Of a stretch of DNA of 64,000 nt, positions 50,943 to 60,406 are shown piece after piece. The first letter of the stretch is position 1; each line of letters opens with the position of its first letter. The position numbers and the translations under genes are program-made. Origin of the DNA: Gammaproteobacteria bacterium (GTDB lineage Bacteria > Pseudomonadota > Gammaproteobacteria > Steroidobacterales > Steroidobacteraceae); assembly GCA_031404015.1 (NCBI GenBank), contig JANNGT010000027.1:920-64919 (forward strand). The letters run 5' to 3'. Below the pieces are notes generated by a model that was not told where the DNA came from, did no database searches, and saw nothing but the letters and a program-made list of their open reading frames with translations.

Positions 50943-52463
50943 ATGCGATTTCCGGGTCTGCCGGCCACTTTCGGTTTGCTGTTGTGCAGCTTGGGCGCGC
51001 AGGCCGACGTCCTGCTGCGCAACGCGACCCTCTACGATGGCACCGGCCGGCCGTCCATCAAGGCTGACGTCCGCATCAAGGGCGATCGCATCGCTGCGGT
51101 CGCCGCGCAGCTCGAACCCCTTCCTGGCGAGACCACCCGCGACGTGCACGGTCTTGCGCTGGCGCCGGGCTTCATCGACATGCACAGCCACGGCAACGGT
51201 GGCTTGCTCGAGGATCTGGATGCGGCGACCGTCACGCGTCAGGGTGTCACGACGATCGTCGTCGGTCAGGATGGTGAATCCGATTACCCACTGGCCGACT
51301 GGTTCCGCAAGCTCGAGGCCACACCCCCCTCGCTCCACGTGGCGAGCATGGTGGGTCACGCCACGTTGCGCGAGCAGGCCATGGGTGAGGATCTCTACCG
51401 CGCGTCGACTGCCGTCGAGCTCGTGCAGATGAGATCGTTGCTGCAGCAGGAGCTGGCAGCCGGAGCATTCGGCCTGTCGACCGGCCTCGAATACGAGGCA
51501 GCGCATTTTTCGACCACCGAGGAAGTGATCGAACTGTCGAAGGTCGCCGCCGCGGGCGGTGGCTTCTACATCAGCCACGTGCGTGACGAAGCCAACAAGG
51601 TGTTCGACTCCTTCGAGGAAGTGCTGCGCATCGGCCGCGAGGCTCACCTTCCCGTCCAGATCACGCACATCAAGCTCGGGTCCACCGCGGTCTGGCATCA
51701 GGCGGCCCCGCGCATGCCCGCCTATTTTGAGCGCGCGCGCCGCGACGGCATCGAACTGAAAGCCGACGTGTATCCGTACACGTTCTGGCACTCGACGATG
51801 CGCGTGCTCGTGCCTGACCGCGATTACTTCAATGCGGAAAAAGTGGCACGCGCCATTGCCGACAGCGGCGGTGCCGCGGCCCTTCGCCTGGGCAAATACA
51901 CGCCCGAGCCTGTTTTGGCAGGTCGCACGCTGGAGCAGATTGCGGCTGTATGGAAGCTCACGCCGGTCGAAGCGTACATGCGCATCGTCAAGGCCACCGC
52001 GGCCGAGGTTGGCAGCGACGAGGAGATGGAGAACGTGCTCGGCACGTCCATGACCGACGACGACCTGCGCTGGTTCATCGCGCATCCAGACATCATGTTC
52101 AGCAGCGACGGCGAATTGCACGGCTCGCATCCGCGCGGCGCCGGGGCGTTTCCCCGCGTGCTCGGCCATTATGTCCGCGAGGAAAAGGTGCTGTCATTGA
52201 GCGAGGCGATCCGCAAGATGACGAGCCTCCCCGCTGCACAACTGGGGTTGCGGGACCGCGGGCAGATCGCACCCGGCTACGCTGCAGACCTCGTCGTCTT
52301 CGATCCAGCTCGCGTGATCGACCGCTCGACGGTTGAGGACCCGGAGGCCCCGCCGCTGGGAATCCCCCACGTCATGGTCGCAGGCCAGTGGGTGGTGCGC
52401 GACGGCAAGATCACGGGCGCGCGTCCCGGTCGCGTGCTGCGCAGCGCGGCCTATCGCCACTGA
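50943..52463 (+). CDS. N-acyl-D-amino-acid deacylase (D-aminoacylase, amidohydrolase superfamily) with signal peptide
   Basis: LAPGFIDMHSHGN, FYISHVRDE, VQITHIK, FSSDG and the C-terminal ADLVVFDP...V.GQWVVRDG pattern. Confidence 0.85.
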   Translation: MRFPGLPATFGLLLCSLGAQADVLLRNATLYDGTGRPSIKADVRIKGDRIAAVAAQLEPLPGETTRDVHGLALAPGFIDMHSHGNGGLLEDLDAATVTRQGVTTIVVGQDGESDYPLADWFRKLEATPPSLHVASMVGHATLREQAMGEDLYRASTAVELVQMRSLLQQELAAGAFGLSTGLEYEAAHFSTTEEVIELSKVAAAGGGFYISHVRDEANKVFDSFEEVLRIGREAHLPVQITHIKLGSTAVWHQAAPRMPAYFERARRDGIELKADVYPYTFWHSTMRVLVPDRDYFNAEKVARAIADSGGAAALRLGKYTPEPVLAGRTLEQIAAVWKLTPVEAYMRIVKATAAEVGSDEEMENVLGTSMTDDDLRWFIAHPDIMFSSDGELHGSHPRGAGAFPRVLGHYVREEKVLSLSEAIRKMTSLPAAQLGLRDRGQIAPGYAADLVVFDPARVIDRSTVEDPEAPPLGIPHVMVAGQWVVRDGKITGARPGRVLRSAAYRH

Positions 52464-52471
52464 GACGTCGC

Positions 52472-53476
52472 ATGTTGACGCTGCGAAAACCGTACCTGCT
52501 GTACCTGGGCGATGCCAGCCTCAAGTCCGATTGCAAGACCGCGTTCGGCCTGCGCGACTGGTGCGGCGACGACGTGCTTGGTGAGTGGTCGCTGCCGGGT
52601 GCCGTCAGCGTCGACGTGCCACGCTTGTCGCCCGCGCAAGCGGCGGTGCAAGGTGCGGGTTCCCTCGTGGTCGGAGTCGCGCCGACCGGAGGCACGCTTC
52701 CCGAGTCGTGGGTGCCTGATCTGGAGGCAGCTCTCGACGCCGGACTCGACGTCGTGAGCGGCATGCACACTCGATTGACGTCGTTTCCATCGCTCGTGTT
52801 CAAGGCAGCCGCCCGTGGCGTGCGGCTCGTCGACGTGCGGCATTCTGCTGCCGCGTATCCCGTCGCAAGCGGTCGCAAGCGCTCCGGCAGACGCGTACTG
52901 ACGGTCGGCACCGATTGTGCGCTCGGCAAGAAGTACACCGCGCTTAGCCTCACGCACGCGCTGCATTCCATTGGACGCGCCGCGACGTTTCGTGCGACCG
53001 GCCAGACCGGCCTCATGATCGCGGGCAGCGGCATCGCGATCGACGCGGTGGTGGCCGACTTCCTGGCCGGGGCTGCGGAGGCGCTGTCGCCCGATAATGC
53101 AGCGGACCACTGGGACGTGATCGAGGGCCAGGGCTCGCTGCTGCACCCGGCGTATGCGGCCGTTACTCTAGGACTCCTGCATGGCTCGCAACCGGACGCG
53201 ATCGTGCTGTGCCACGCGCCGGAGCGCCTTACGATCGAGGAGTATCCGGACTATCCGATCCCGCCGTTGGCTGAGGTCGTCGATACCTACCTGCGGGCCG
53301 GGCGCCTGACCAACCGCAACATCCGCTGCGTCGGCCTCAGCATCAATTCCTCGACGCTGCCGGATGCAGACTGGGCTGCGTATCGAACGCGGCTCGAGCG
53401 CGAGTTGCGGTTGCCCGTGTGCGATCCCCTGCGCGGCGGTGTGGAATCACTGGCCATGGCACTCGTGGCAGCATGA
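52472..53476 (+). CDS. DUF1611 family protein (DgcN-like, putative D-glutamate N-acetyltransferase)
   Basis: KPYLLYLGDA...KTAFGLRDW, VLTVGTDCALGKKYT and EGQGSLLHPAYAAVTLGLLHGSQPD match DUF1611. ATGA-coupled to the downstream epimerase. Confidence 0.7.
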   Translation: MLTLRKPYLLYLGDASLKSDCKTAFGLRDWCGDDVLGEWSLPGAVSVDVPRLSPAQAAVQGAGSLVVGVAPTGGTLPESWVPDLEAALDAGLDVVSGMHTRLTSFPSLVFKAAARGVRLVDVRHSAAAYPVASGRKRSGRRVLTVGTDCALGKKYTALSLTHALHSIGRAATFRATGQTGLMIAGSGIAIDAVVADFLAGAAEALSPDNAADHWDVIEGQGSLLHPAYAAVTLGLLHGSQPDAIVLCHAPERLTIEEYPDYPIPPLAEVVDTYLRAGRLTNRNIRCVGLSINSSTLPDADWAAYRTRLERELRLPVCDPLRGGVESLAMALVAA

Positions 53477-54456
53477 TCGACATCGAGACGCAGATCGAAC
53501 ACTGGCAACTTGTCGAGCCGTTCACGACCGCACGCGACTCGATTACGCACATGCCAGTGCTGGTCGTCACGCTGACCAACGGCACGGGTGCGAGTGGCTG
53601 GGCCGAAGCGGCTGGCGTTGATTACGACGGCGAAACACCCGAGTCGATGCAGCAGCAGATTGAAGCCGTGCGATCGCGCCTGCACGATGACTTGACCAGT
53701 CCGGAACTGCTCGAATGGCTGCCAGCCGGTGGTGCGCGCAACGCACTGGACTGTGCGCTGTGGGATTTGCGCGCGAAGGCCTGTGGAATTCCCGCCTGGC
53801 AGACGGCAGGTCTGCCTGCGCCCCGCTCCGTCACGACCGCATACACGATCGGCCTCTGCAGCGACGTGGATGTGCGACGCAAGGCCCGTGACGCGCGGCC
53901 CTACAGCCTGCTCAAACTCAAGGTCGACGCGGATCGCCACGTTGACCTCGTGCGCATGGTGCGGGAAGAACACCCCTCAGCCCGAATCATCGTCGACGCC
54001 AACCAGTCGTGGTCGCGGTCGCTGTTGCAGCGGCTGTGCTGGCCGCTGCACGAACTGGGCGTCGAACTGATCGAGCAACCTTTGCCGCGCGGGCAGGATG
54101 CCGAGCTCGATGGCTTGAACACGACCTTGCCACTGGCCGCCGACGAATCCTGCACGGATCGGCATTCACTGCCAGGTCTCGTCGGCCGCTATCGCTATGC
54201 GAATATCAAGCTCGACAAGTGCGGGGGACTCACCGAGGCGCTTGCGATGTGTCACGAAGCGACGCGACTGGGCCTCGAAGTCATGGTCGGCAACATGTGT
54301 GGCACGTCCCTCGCCATGGCGCCCGCATTCCTCGTCGCGCAGTCGTGTCGCTATGTGGATCTCGATGGGCCGCTGCTGCAGCGACTCGACCGGCCGCATG
54401 CGATCCGCTTTGAAGGCAGCCTGATGCATGCGCCGGAGCCGGCGCTCTGGGGATGA
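53473..54456 (+). CDS. Enolase-superfamily dipeptide epimerase-like enzyme (DgcA-like, putative N-acetyl-D-Glu racemase)
   Basis: ALDCALWDL, LKLKV, IIVDANQSW, ELIEQPL, LAADES and NIKLDKCGG (metal ligands and catalytic Lys pattern). Confidence 0.8.
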   Translation: MIDIETQIEHWQLVEPFTTARDSITHMPVLVVTLTNGTGASGWAEAAGVDYDGETPESMQQQIEAVRSRLHDDLTSPELLEWLPAGGARNALDCALWDLRAKACGIPAWQTAGLPAPRSVTTAYTIGLCSDVDVRRKARDARPYSLLKLKVDADRHVDLVRMVREEHPSARIIVDANQSWSRSLLQRLCWPLHELGVELIEQPLPRGQDAELDGLNTTLPLAADESCTDRHSLPGLVGRYRYANIKLDKCGGLTEALAMCHEATRLGLEVMVGNMCGTSLAMAPAFLVAQSCRYVDLDGPLLQRLDRPHAIRFEGSLMHAPEPALWG

Positions 54457-54457
54457 C

Positions 54458-55300
54458 GTGAAAACGCCCGAAGCGCTTCAGCCCCTGATCGACGACGGCG
54501 TCATCGACGAGGTGGTTCGCTCGCTCAAAAGCGGCAAGGAAGCGACCGTTTACGTCGTGCGCTCGGGCGCGGAACTGCGCTGTGCCAAGGTGTATCGCAA
54601 CATGGCGCAACGCAGCTTCCGACAACGTGCGCAGTATCAGGAAGGCCGCAAGGTCCGTGGCAGCCGCCAGGCGCGCGCGATGCGCAAGAGCACGTCGTTC
54701 GGGCGCTCGGAACAGGAAGCGGCATGGAAAAACGCCGAGGTCGACGCGCTGTATCAGTTGTCTGCCGCGGACGTGCGCGTGCCGAAGCCTTACGGTTACT
54801 TCGATGGCGTCTTGATCATGGAACTGGTGACAGATGCGGACGGCAACCCTGCGCCGCGGCTCGGTGAAGTGCAACTGCCGGCAGACACCGCCCGCGCATA
54901 CCACGGGTTCCTGGTGACGCAGGTCGTGCGCATGCTCTGCATCGGCCTGATTCACGGCGATCTGTCGGAGTTCAACGTGCTGGTCGCGCCCGACGGTCCC
55001 GTGATCATCGACCTGCCGCAAGCCGTCAATGCAGCCGGCAACAACGGCGCCCTGGCGATGCTGCGGCGTGACGTCGACAACCTCAAGCACACGTTAGGGC
55101 GCTTCGCACCCGAACTGCTCGAGACGCAGTTCGCGTTGGAGATATGGGCGCTGTTCCAGCACGGCGAACTGCGCCCCGACAGCGTGCTTACCGGCATCTT
55201 CGTGCCTGATGCCACGATCGTCGATCCGGACGGCGTCATGCTCGTGATCGACGACGCGCGCGAGGAAGAGATCCAGCGTCGCCTGCGGTTGCTGACCTAA
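54458..55300 (+). CDS. RIO1-like atypical serine protein kinase (PA4780-type)
   Basis: LKSGKEATVYVV, NAEVDALYQL, LIMELV, LIHGDLSEFNVLV and IIDLPQAV are RIO-type subdomains. GTG start at 54458 lies just after the epimerase stop. Confidence 0.8.
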   Translation: MKTPEALQPLIDDGVIDEVVRSLKSGKEATVYVVRSGAELRCAKVYRNMAQRSFRQRAQYQEGRKVRGSRQARAMRKSTSFGRSEQEAAWKNAEVDALYQLSAADVRVPKPYGYFDGVLIMELVTDADGNPAPRLGEVQLPADTARAYHGFLVTQVVRMLCIGLIHGDLSEFNVLVAPDGPVIIDLPQAVNAAGNNGALAMLRRDVDNLKHTLGRFAPELLETQFALEIWALFQHGELRPDSVLTGIFVPDATIVDPDGVMLVIDDAREEEIQRRLRLLT

Positions 55301-55352
55301 GCGAGATCCTCGGCGGTTTCGTCGACCGATTCGAGCATGGCGCCCTGGTGGC

Positions 55353-55760
55353 TCATGCGGTGAGCTTGCGCTTACGGCGCCACGACGGCTGCACTGCGAG
55401 CGTGGCCTTGCCCACGGTGCGTCCGGCGATCGAGCGCAACACGAGCTTGCCGCCCGCATCGACCTCGCAGGGAACCACGTACACACCGGGCCGCAACATC
55501 GCCTGGATGGCCTTCGCGGCCGCCCGGCGTTTGAACAGCGTTGCGGAGGTCGGGTCGTCGAAGGCCCACGCGTCGTCGTGCATCAGGTAATACAACGACA
55601 GTCCCGGCAGAGTCGCGACCAGCAGGTAGCGCGCACGGTCTTCGATATCCTTGACCTGCCGCTCCAAGGCGCGCCGTTGGACAGCCGTCAGTGGCGGATC
55701 CTCAACCTCCTCGACTGGACGCTTGGCACTCGCGGCTCGTCTGGGCCTGGTCGTAGCCAT
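55353..55760 (-). CDS. Hypothetical protein with basic termini
   Basis: 135-aa ORF with coding-like GC3 bias. No family recognised. Confidence 0.45.
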   Translation of the reverse strand: MATTRPRRAASAKRPVEEVEDPPLTAVQRRALERQVKDIEDRARYLLVATLPGLSLYYLMHDDAWAFDDPTSATLFKRRAAAKAIQAMLRPGVYVVPCEVDAGGKLVLRSIAGRTVGKATLAVQPSWRRKRKLTA

Positions 55761-56029
55761 GTCGACTCCCTTTTTTGATCATTTATTCATCGATCGTAGC
55801 AGGGAGCGCGCTGCAACCACCACACTCAGGGCAGCGCAACGGACATTAACGTTCGAATTGCTCGCTTGGCAGTGGTACCGCGAGCGTCGCTGGTCGTCTA
55901 TAGGCACACGAGCAATGCAACGCGGGTCACTGCCGCCGCATCTTGCAGTCGCGAGCCAGCTCACAAATGCGCCTTGAGGACTTGTGCAGCAGCTCATTTT
56001 TAGAGGAGGCTGCGACGTCGCGGGAGGGA

Positions 56030-56977
56030 ATGCTCATGGAACGGATGGATCCGTCTGTTTTGCGCTCGGCGGTCGACAGCCTGCGGCGGGTCATGGATGA
56101 CCACGCCGTCTGGCACGAGAACCTGTTGCGTTCGATATTCTGCGAGTACGCCATCCGGCTGGACGATCTTGCGCCGGCCGCGCATCGCGATTGCGCGTTC
56201 GGCCGGTGGTTCTACGACAGCGCACCGAGCGGCCTGCGCGGCCAGATGGAATTCGTCGCCATGGGCAAGGAACACCAGCGCCTGCACCAGGTCGCTACAC
56301 GACTGCTGCGTTCGGTGCGGAACAACGGTCCGATCGACCGTCTCGACTTCGAGGAGCTGGTCGCGACCAATGCGCGATTTCGCGTGCACGTCGATTCGCT
56401 GCGATTCTCGATGGAGGTTGACTTTGGCAACCGCGATGCGCTCACCACCGCGTATGGGCGGGTCGACATGCTGCCTGCGCTCGAGGACCTGCGCTGCGTG
56501 GCGCGCGACAGCGGCGTGCCGTGCAGCCTGGTGTTCGTGGACGTGGATAATCTAAAACAGATCAACGATCTGCATGGACATGCCATGGGCGACGCCGTCC
56601 TGCAGGGACTCGTCCGGCACCTCGACTCCCACCTGCGCCCCAACGACAAGGTGTTCCGCTATGGGGGCGACGAGTTCCTCGTCACGCTGCCGGGCGCTGA
56701 TCTGTCGGTCGCGCGCTCGGTCGTCAATCGCATGCGCGAAAGCCTGGCCGGCCAACTCGTGATCGCGGGAGCGGAAGGCACGGTGCTGGCCGTCACCGCG
56801 TCATTTGGCCTCGCACTCCTCGACCCGGACGAGGACCCGACTGTATCGATCAGCCGTGCGGACCAGGCACTGTTGCTTGCCAAGACGGCTGGCCGCAATC
56901 GGTTGTTGGCGTGGGACGAGTCCGTGCAGACTGGCACGCACTGGGCCCTGGTGGACGCCGACCAGGCGAGCGGCTGA
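56030..56977 (+). CDS. Diguanylate cyclase with N-terminal CZB (chemoreceptor zinc-binding) domain, DgcZ-like
   Basis: HAVWHENLL...HRDCAFGRWFY...EHQRLH is a CZB His/Cys pattern. GGDEF domain with RYGGDEFLV and an RPND I-site 5 residues upstream. Confidence 0.85.
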   Translation: MLMERMDPSVLRSAVDSLRRVMDDHAVWHENLLRSIFCEYAIRLDDLAPAAHRDCAFGRWFYDSAPSGLRGQMEFVAMGKEHQRLHQVATRLLRSVRNNGPIDRLDFEELVATNARFRVHVDSLRFSMEVDFGNRDALTTAYGRVDMLPALEDLRCVARDSGVPCSLVFVDVDNLKQINDLHGHAMGDAVLQGLVRHLDSHLRPNDKVFRYGGDEFLVTLPGADLSVARSVVNRMRESLAGQLVIAGAEGTVLAVTASFGLALLDPDEDPTVSISRADQALLLAKTAGRNRLLAWDESVQTGTHWALVDADQASG

Positions 56978-57208
56978 ACGCCATCGTTCGTCCGCCGGCC
57001 TGGGTGACCAGCATGGGTCACCAGCCTGTTCCTGCCGCGAGGTCAGCGAGCTCCTGCACCATGTACAGAACCAGCGAACTCAACATCACGTAGCCTGCGA
57101 TTGCCATGATCCTTTCTCCTGCATGTGTCGCGCCGGTATGGCGCGTCTCCATGGGTGATCATGCTAGGTGTCGGCTGCAGGCCATTCCAGTCGTTATCGA
57201 CGAGTGGT

Positions 57209-57493
57209 TCAGTCACCGCGACGAAATGCAGTCATGGTCACGATGGTGACGCTCGAATCGAGCGGATCGAACAGAATGCGCGCTTCCTTCCGCTCGAGTT
57301 GGCGCAATACCTGGGCAATTTTGTCATCGTGCGAGACGACCTTGTCACCGTAGTCGGTGCCTTCGCGCAGGATGAAGCTCTCGATCACACCGCGCAGTGC
57401 ATCCGGCGACAGCTCCGTATGCGGAATCGGAACGGGCTCAGGACGATCGCGCGGATCGTCGCCACCGCCCGGCCACTCGTCAGCCTCGCTCAC
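57209..57493 (-). CDS. YheU (UPF0270) family protein
   Basis: IPHTELSPDALRGVIESFILREGTDYGD...KIAQVLRQLERKEARILFDP matches YheU. Proposed GTG start at 57493. The rest of the long ORF to 58159 is a shadow of the GST gene. Confidence 0.75.
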   Translation of the reverse strand: MSEADEWPGGGDDPRDRPEPVPIPHTELSPDALRGVIESFILREGTDYGDKVVSHDDKIAQVLRQLERKEARILFDPLDSSVTIVTMTAFRRGD

Positions 57494-57516
57494 GCGGATT
57501 TCTGCCGTCGCGGACG

Positions 57517-58224
57517 TCAGGTTGCCATCAACGTCGGGCCGCCCTTGGCCTCGGCACGCTGATACGCAGGCCGCGCCCGCATGCGCTTGTGGTACGCCGC
57601 GATGTGCGGGTATCGCCCGCTTTCCGTCGAGCGCGCCAGCAGCGCCTCGATCGCAAAGCTCATCTGGAAATCGGCCATGGTGATGTCGGGGCCCGCGAAC
57701 CAGACGCTTTTTGCGAGATGCCCTTCGATGAAATCCAGCGAGTTCTGCAGGTTGGGGTCGATCAAGGTCGCCTGCACTTTCTGGCACAGTCCGCGCGCGA
57801 TGGGCTTGGCGAAGAACGGCATCGGCCGCGTCGGGATCGTGCTGAAGACCAGCTTCATGACGAGCCAGTTCATCAGTGAGCCCTCGGCGTAGTGCATCCA
57901 GTATTTTGCCTGCCAGTACGCTGGCGTGCCGGGTGCCGGCACCAGGTGTGCAAGTTCGCCCGTGCCGAGGTGGCCGAACTTCTCGACGATGTATTCGATG
58001 ATGACGGCCGATTCGGCGATCACCGCACCGTCGTCGGTCACGACGGGAGACTTGCCGAGCGGATGGATGGACTTGAGTTCCGGCGGGGCCAGCCGCGTCG
58101 CCTTGTCCCGCTGATAGACCTTGAGTTCGTATGGCGCGCCGAGTTCTTCGAGCAGCCACAGGATGCGTTGCGAACGCGATGTTTCCAGGTGATGGACGAC
58201 CAGCCCCGCCGCTACGTTGCTCAC
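57517..58224 (-). CDS. Glutathione S-transferase (YfcG/YliJ-like N-terminus)
   Basis: VVHHLETSRSQRILWLLEELG..., HPLGKSPVV and ESAVIIEYI. The GTG start at 58224 overlaps the sodC stop (GTGA). Confidence 0.88.
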   Translation of the reverse strand: MSNVAAGLVVHHLETSRSQRILWLLEELGAPYELKVYQRDKATRLAPPELKSIHPLGKSPVVTDDGAVIAESAVIIEYIVEKFGHLGTGELAHLVPAPGTPAYWQAKYWMHYAEGSLMNWLVMKLVFSTIPTRPMPFFAKPIARGLCQKVQATLIDPNLQNSLDFIEGHLAKSVWFAGPDITMADFQMSFAIEALLARSTESGRYPHIAAYHKRMRARPAYQRAEAKGGPTLMAT

Positions 58225-58802
58225 TTGACGAGCCTCAGCACGCCGCACGCTTCACGGGCGCCGCCGGCGCAGCCCTTCTTGCGGTCGGACTCTGCGTCGC
58301 AATACGTGTCCGGCTGCGTGTGCACGACGATGGCGCTGCCGTCCGCGTCGAAGACGCTGAGTCGGCCGGGCGATAACGTGATGCGATTGGTCGTGTGCTC
58401 CAACGTGCCTGCGCCTTGCTTGACGTCCAGGTTGATCAGGTCGCCCATGTGAAATGGGTGATTGATGTCCGTGGCCGGTGTGCTCTCCATCGCCGTGTCG
58501 GGCCGCGACTGGCCCGCCGGACCGGGGTCGTGATGCCCGCCCGCCGCCGCGCAGGGTTCGCACTGGCCGACTTCGTGTACGTGCACGGCGTGCTTGCCGT
58601 CAGGCAGGCCCTTGACCGTCATCCGCACGACCACTTCCTTGATGCCCTCTGCCGTCACTTGCTCCTTGAGCGTCGCCCTGCCGCTGATAGCTGAGTTCGT
58701 GCAGCCCTTGATGTCCGCCTCGGCTTTCACAGCGTCGTCCCCGAAGGTAATGGCAGGCACTGCCACCAGGGCAGCCAGAACAAGCGTGGACACTGACCGC
58801 AT
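58221..58802 (-). CDS. sodC: Periplasmic Cu/Zn superoxide dismutase
   Basis: Signal peptide, HAVHVHEVGQC, GGHHDP, HMGDL, AIVVHTQPD and a C-terminal ACGV. Confidence 0.85.
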   Translation of the reverse strand: MRSVSTLVLAALVAVPAITFGDDAVKAEADIKGCTNSAISGRATLKEQVTAEGIKEVVVRMTVKGLPDGKHAVHVHEVGQCEPCAAAGGHHDPGPAGQSRPDTAMESTPATDINHPFHMGDLINLDVKQGAGTLEHTTNRITLSPGRLSVFDADGSAIVVHTQPDTYCDAESDRKKGCAGGAREACGVLRLVK

Positions 58803-58856
58803 GAGGAGTCTCCTTAAAATCGAAAAGTTCGGAGCAATTCGAAAGAACCGAAGCGA

Positions 58857-59522
58857 TCAACGGTACACGACCGCGATGTGCGGCACGGTGGTCACGTCCG
58901 GCTGTTTGAGCAGGAACGTGCGCAGAAACGTGGTGAGCTGTTTCTCGGAAAGCGCCATGATTGCGGGTTCCGTGGCCAGCTGCTCGCCGCGCGCCTGCGC
59001 CCGCTTTGACGCCTCCGCGTACAGCTTCAGGACCGCGGCCTTCTCGTCCGTCAGGATACCCCCTGAGAGCACCTTGTAGCGCAGGTTCGTCACCGCGGGC
59101 GTTGCCACGAGTCGCGGCTTGCCCACTTCGATACGAATGCCTTCGGGGCCGGATTTCACGTCGTATTGGCCCGGCGCGAGGTCGAAGCCAAAGGAGTACT
59201 CGACCGAGTACCAGATGGCGACAGTGCCCGTGGAATGCAGCCCGAGCAACGACTGGTCGATGACCTGCGTGACTGCATTGGGTTGGCTGACGGTTGCCGC
59301 GAGAAATTTCTGCTGTGCCGTAAGCTGCTTCTTGCCTTCCTGGAGGTAACGGACGTACGTCGTCCGGCCCAGCAGCCTCCGCTCGGTCTCGGTCACGGTG
59401 TCTTGCAGCAAGCGCGCCCGCTCGTTGGCGGAACGCACTTGGCCCTGCATGACAAAGTACGTGATCGCGGCCGCGATCGCCGCGGCGCAAACCAGCCAGC
59501 CCGTTCCAGGTGAACGCGACAT
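58857..59522 (-). CDS. DUF4230 family membrane-anchored protein
   Basis: N-terminal TM WLVCAAAIAAAITYFV, then a domain with VAIWYSVEYSFGFDL typical of DUF4230. ATG at 59522. Confidence 0.65.
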   Translation of the reverse strand: MSRSPGTGWLVCAAAIAAAITYFVMQGQVRSANERARLLQDTVTETERRLLGRTTYVRYLQEGKKQLTAQQKFLAATVSQPNAVTQVIDQSLLGLHSTGTVAIWYSVEYSFGFDLAPGQYDVKSGPEGIRIEVGKPRLVATPAVTNLRYKVLSGGILTDEKAAVLKLYAEASKRAQARGEQLATEPAIMALSEKQLTTFLRTFLLKQPDVTTVPHIAVVYR

Positions 59523-59547
59523 TGGATTCTTCACTGGGCGTGTGGCC

Positions 59548-60165
59548 TCAGAACCAGTTGTAGTTGAAGCTGATGCTGACGCGCTCGGAGCGCACAGGAT
59601 TCGGGGACACCTCGTGCCGCAGCCAGCTCTCGAACAATAGCAACGTGCCAGCTGCAACCGGCATCGTGACCCATGGGCGGTTCTCAGGGCGCGCCTGCGC
59701 AGTGCGAGGCGGCGCGGCCATGTACCGATCCAGCCGCGGGTCCTCAAGCTTGAGGCCTGGCACGCCTTTGGGCGTGCGTACGTAATACGTGCCACTGAGG
59801 GTGGACAACGGGTGCAGGTGCAGCCCATGCGTGACGCCTCGCGGCATCATATTGATCCAGCAGTCGGTCAGGCTGAGCTCACGCCCTGCCAGGTCGTAGT
59901 CGAGAATGCGTGCGTACGCGTCGACGTGCCGCTGCAGCTTCTTGCCGAGCAGCGCGAAAGTGGGCGACAGCGTCTGCATGCGATTAAGCGAGCCGTATGA
60001 CGTGTAGCCGCCCGGGTAGCGTTCCCTGGACCACGCCTGCCCTGCCCGGTCGTCCAGGCGATACTGCTCGCATTCGCGCAGTAGTCGCGCATTGAAGGGC
60101 TCCCATCCGGTGCGCTGCAGCTTCGCGGAATAGACGTGAGTCGGAAACAGCGTGTGCACGGGCAT
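59548..60165 (-). CDS. Putative 2OG-Fe(II) oxygenase (TIGR02466-like)
   Basis: MPVHTLFPTHVY..., WINMMPRGVTHGLHLHP..SGTYY and LLFESWLRHEV...RVSISFN. Confidence 0.75.
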   Translation of the reverse strand: MPVHTLFPTHVYSAKLQRTGWEPFNARLLRECEQYRLDDRAGQAWSRERYPGGYTSYGSLNRMQTLSPTFALLGKKLQRHVDAYARILDYDLAGRELSLTDCWINMMPRGVTHGLHLHPLSTLSGTYYVRTPKGVPGLKLEDPRLDRYMAAPPRTAQARPENRPWVTMPVAAGTLLLFESWLRHEVSPNPVRSERVSISFNYNWF

Positions 60166-60168
60166 GCG

Positions 60169-60387
60169 TCAGTCCTCGACCGACTGTCGGCGACGGTCAG
60201 GCAGCGGATCGTCTTCGTCGGGGACCGTCTGCTGCAGCACGGCCAACACGGCCTCCGCTGCCCGGTATCGGTACTCGTAGCGATGGTCGATCGGTGCGGG
60301 ACGCGCGTTCAAGTACAACTCGAGCGCTTCCCCGATCACCTCGGCCTCGAGTTCGGGAAGCAGCAGTTTGATGCGGCTGTTGGCCAT
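60169..60387 (-). CDS. Small acidic hypothetical protein
   Basis: 72-aa ORF tightly spaced (4 nt) upstream of the oxygenase gene. No family recognised. Confidence 0.4.
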   Translation of the reverse strand: MANSRIKLLLPELEAEVIGEALELYLNARPAPIDHRYEYRYRAAEAVLAVLQQTVPDEDDPLPDRRRQSVED

Positions 60388-60406
60388 GGGTGGTTTCTGC
60401 CGGTGG

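Noticed and set aside
57494-58159. Upper two thirds of the 316-aa minus ORF 57209..58159.
   Set aside because: It is out of frame with the well-supported GST gene. Only the last 94 codons (YheU family) look real.
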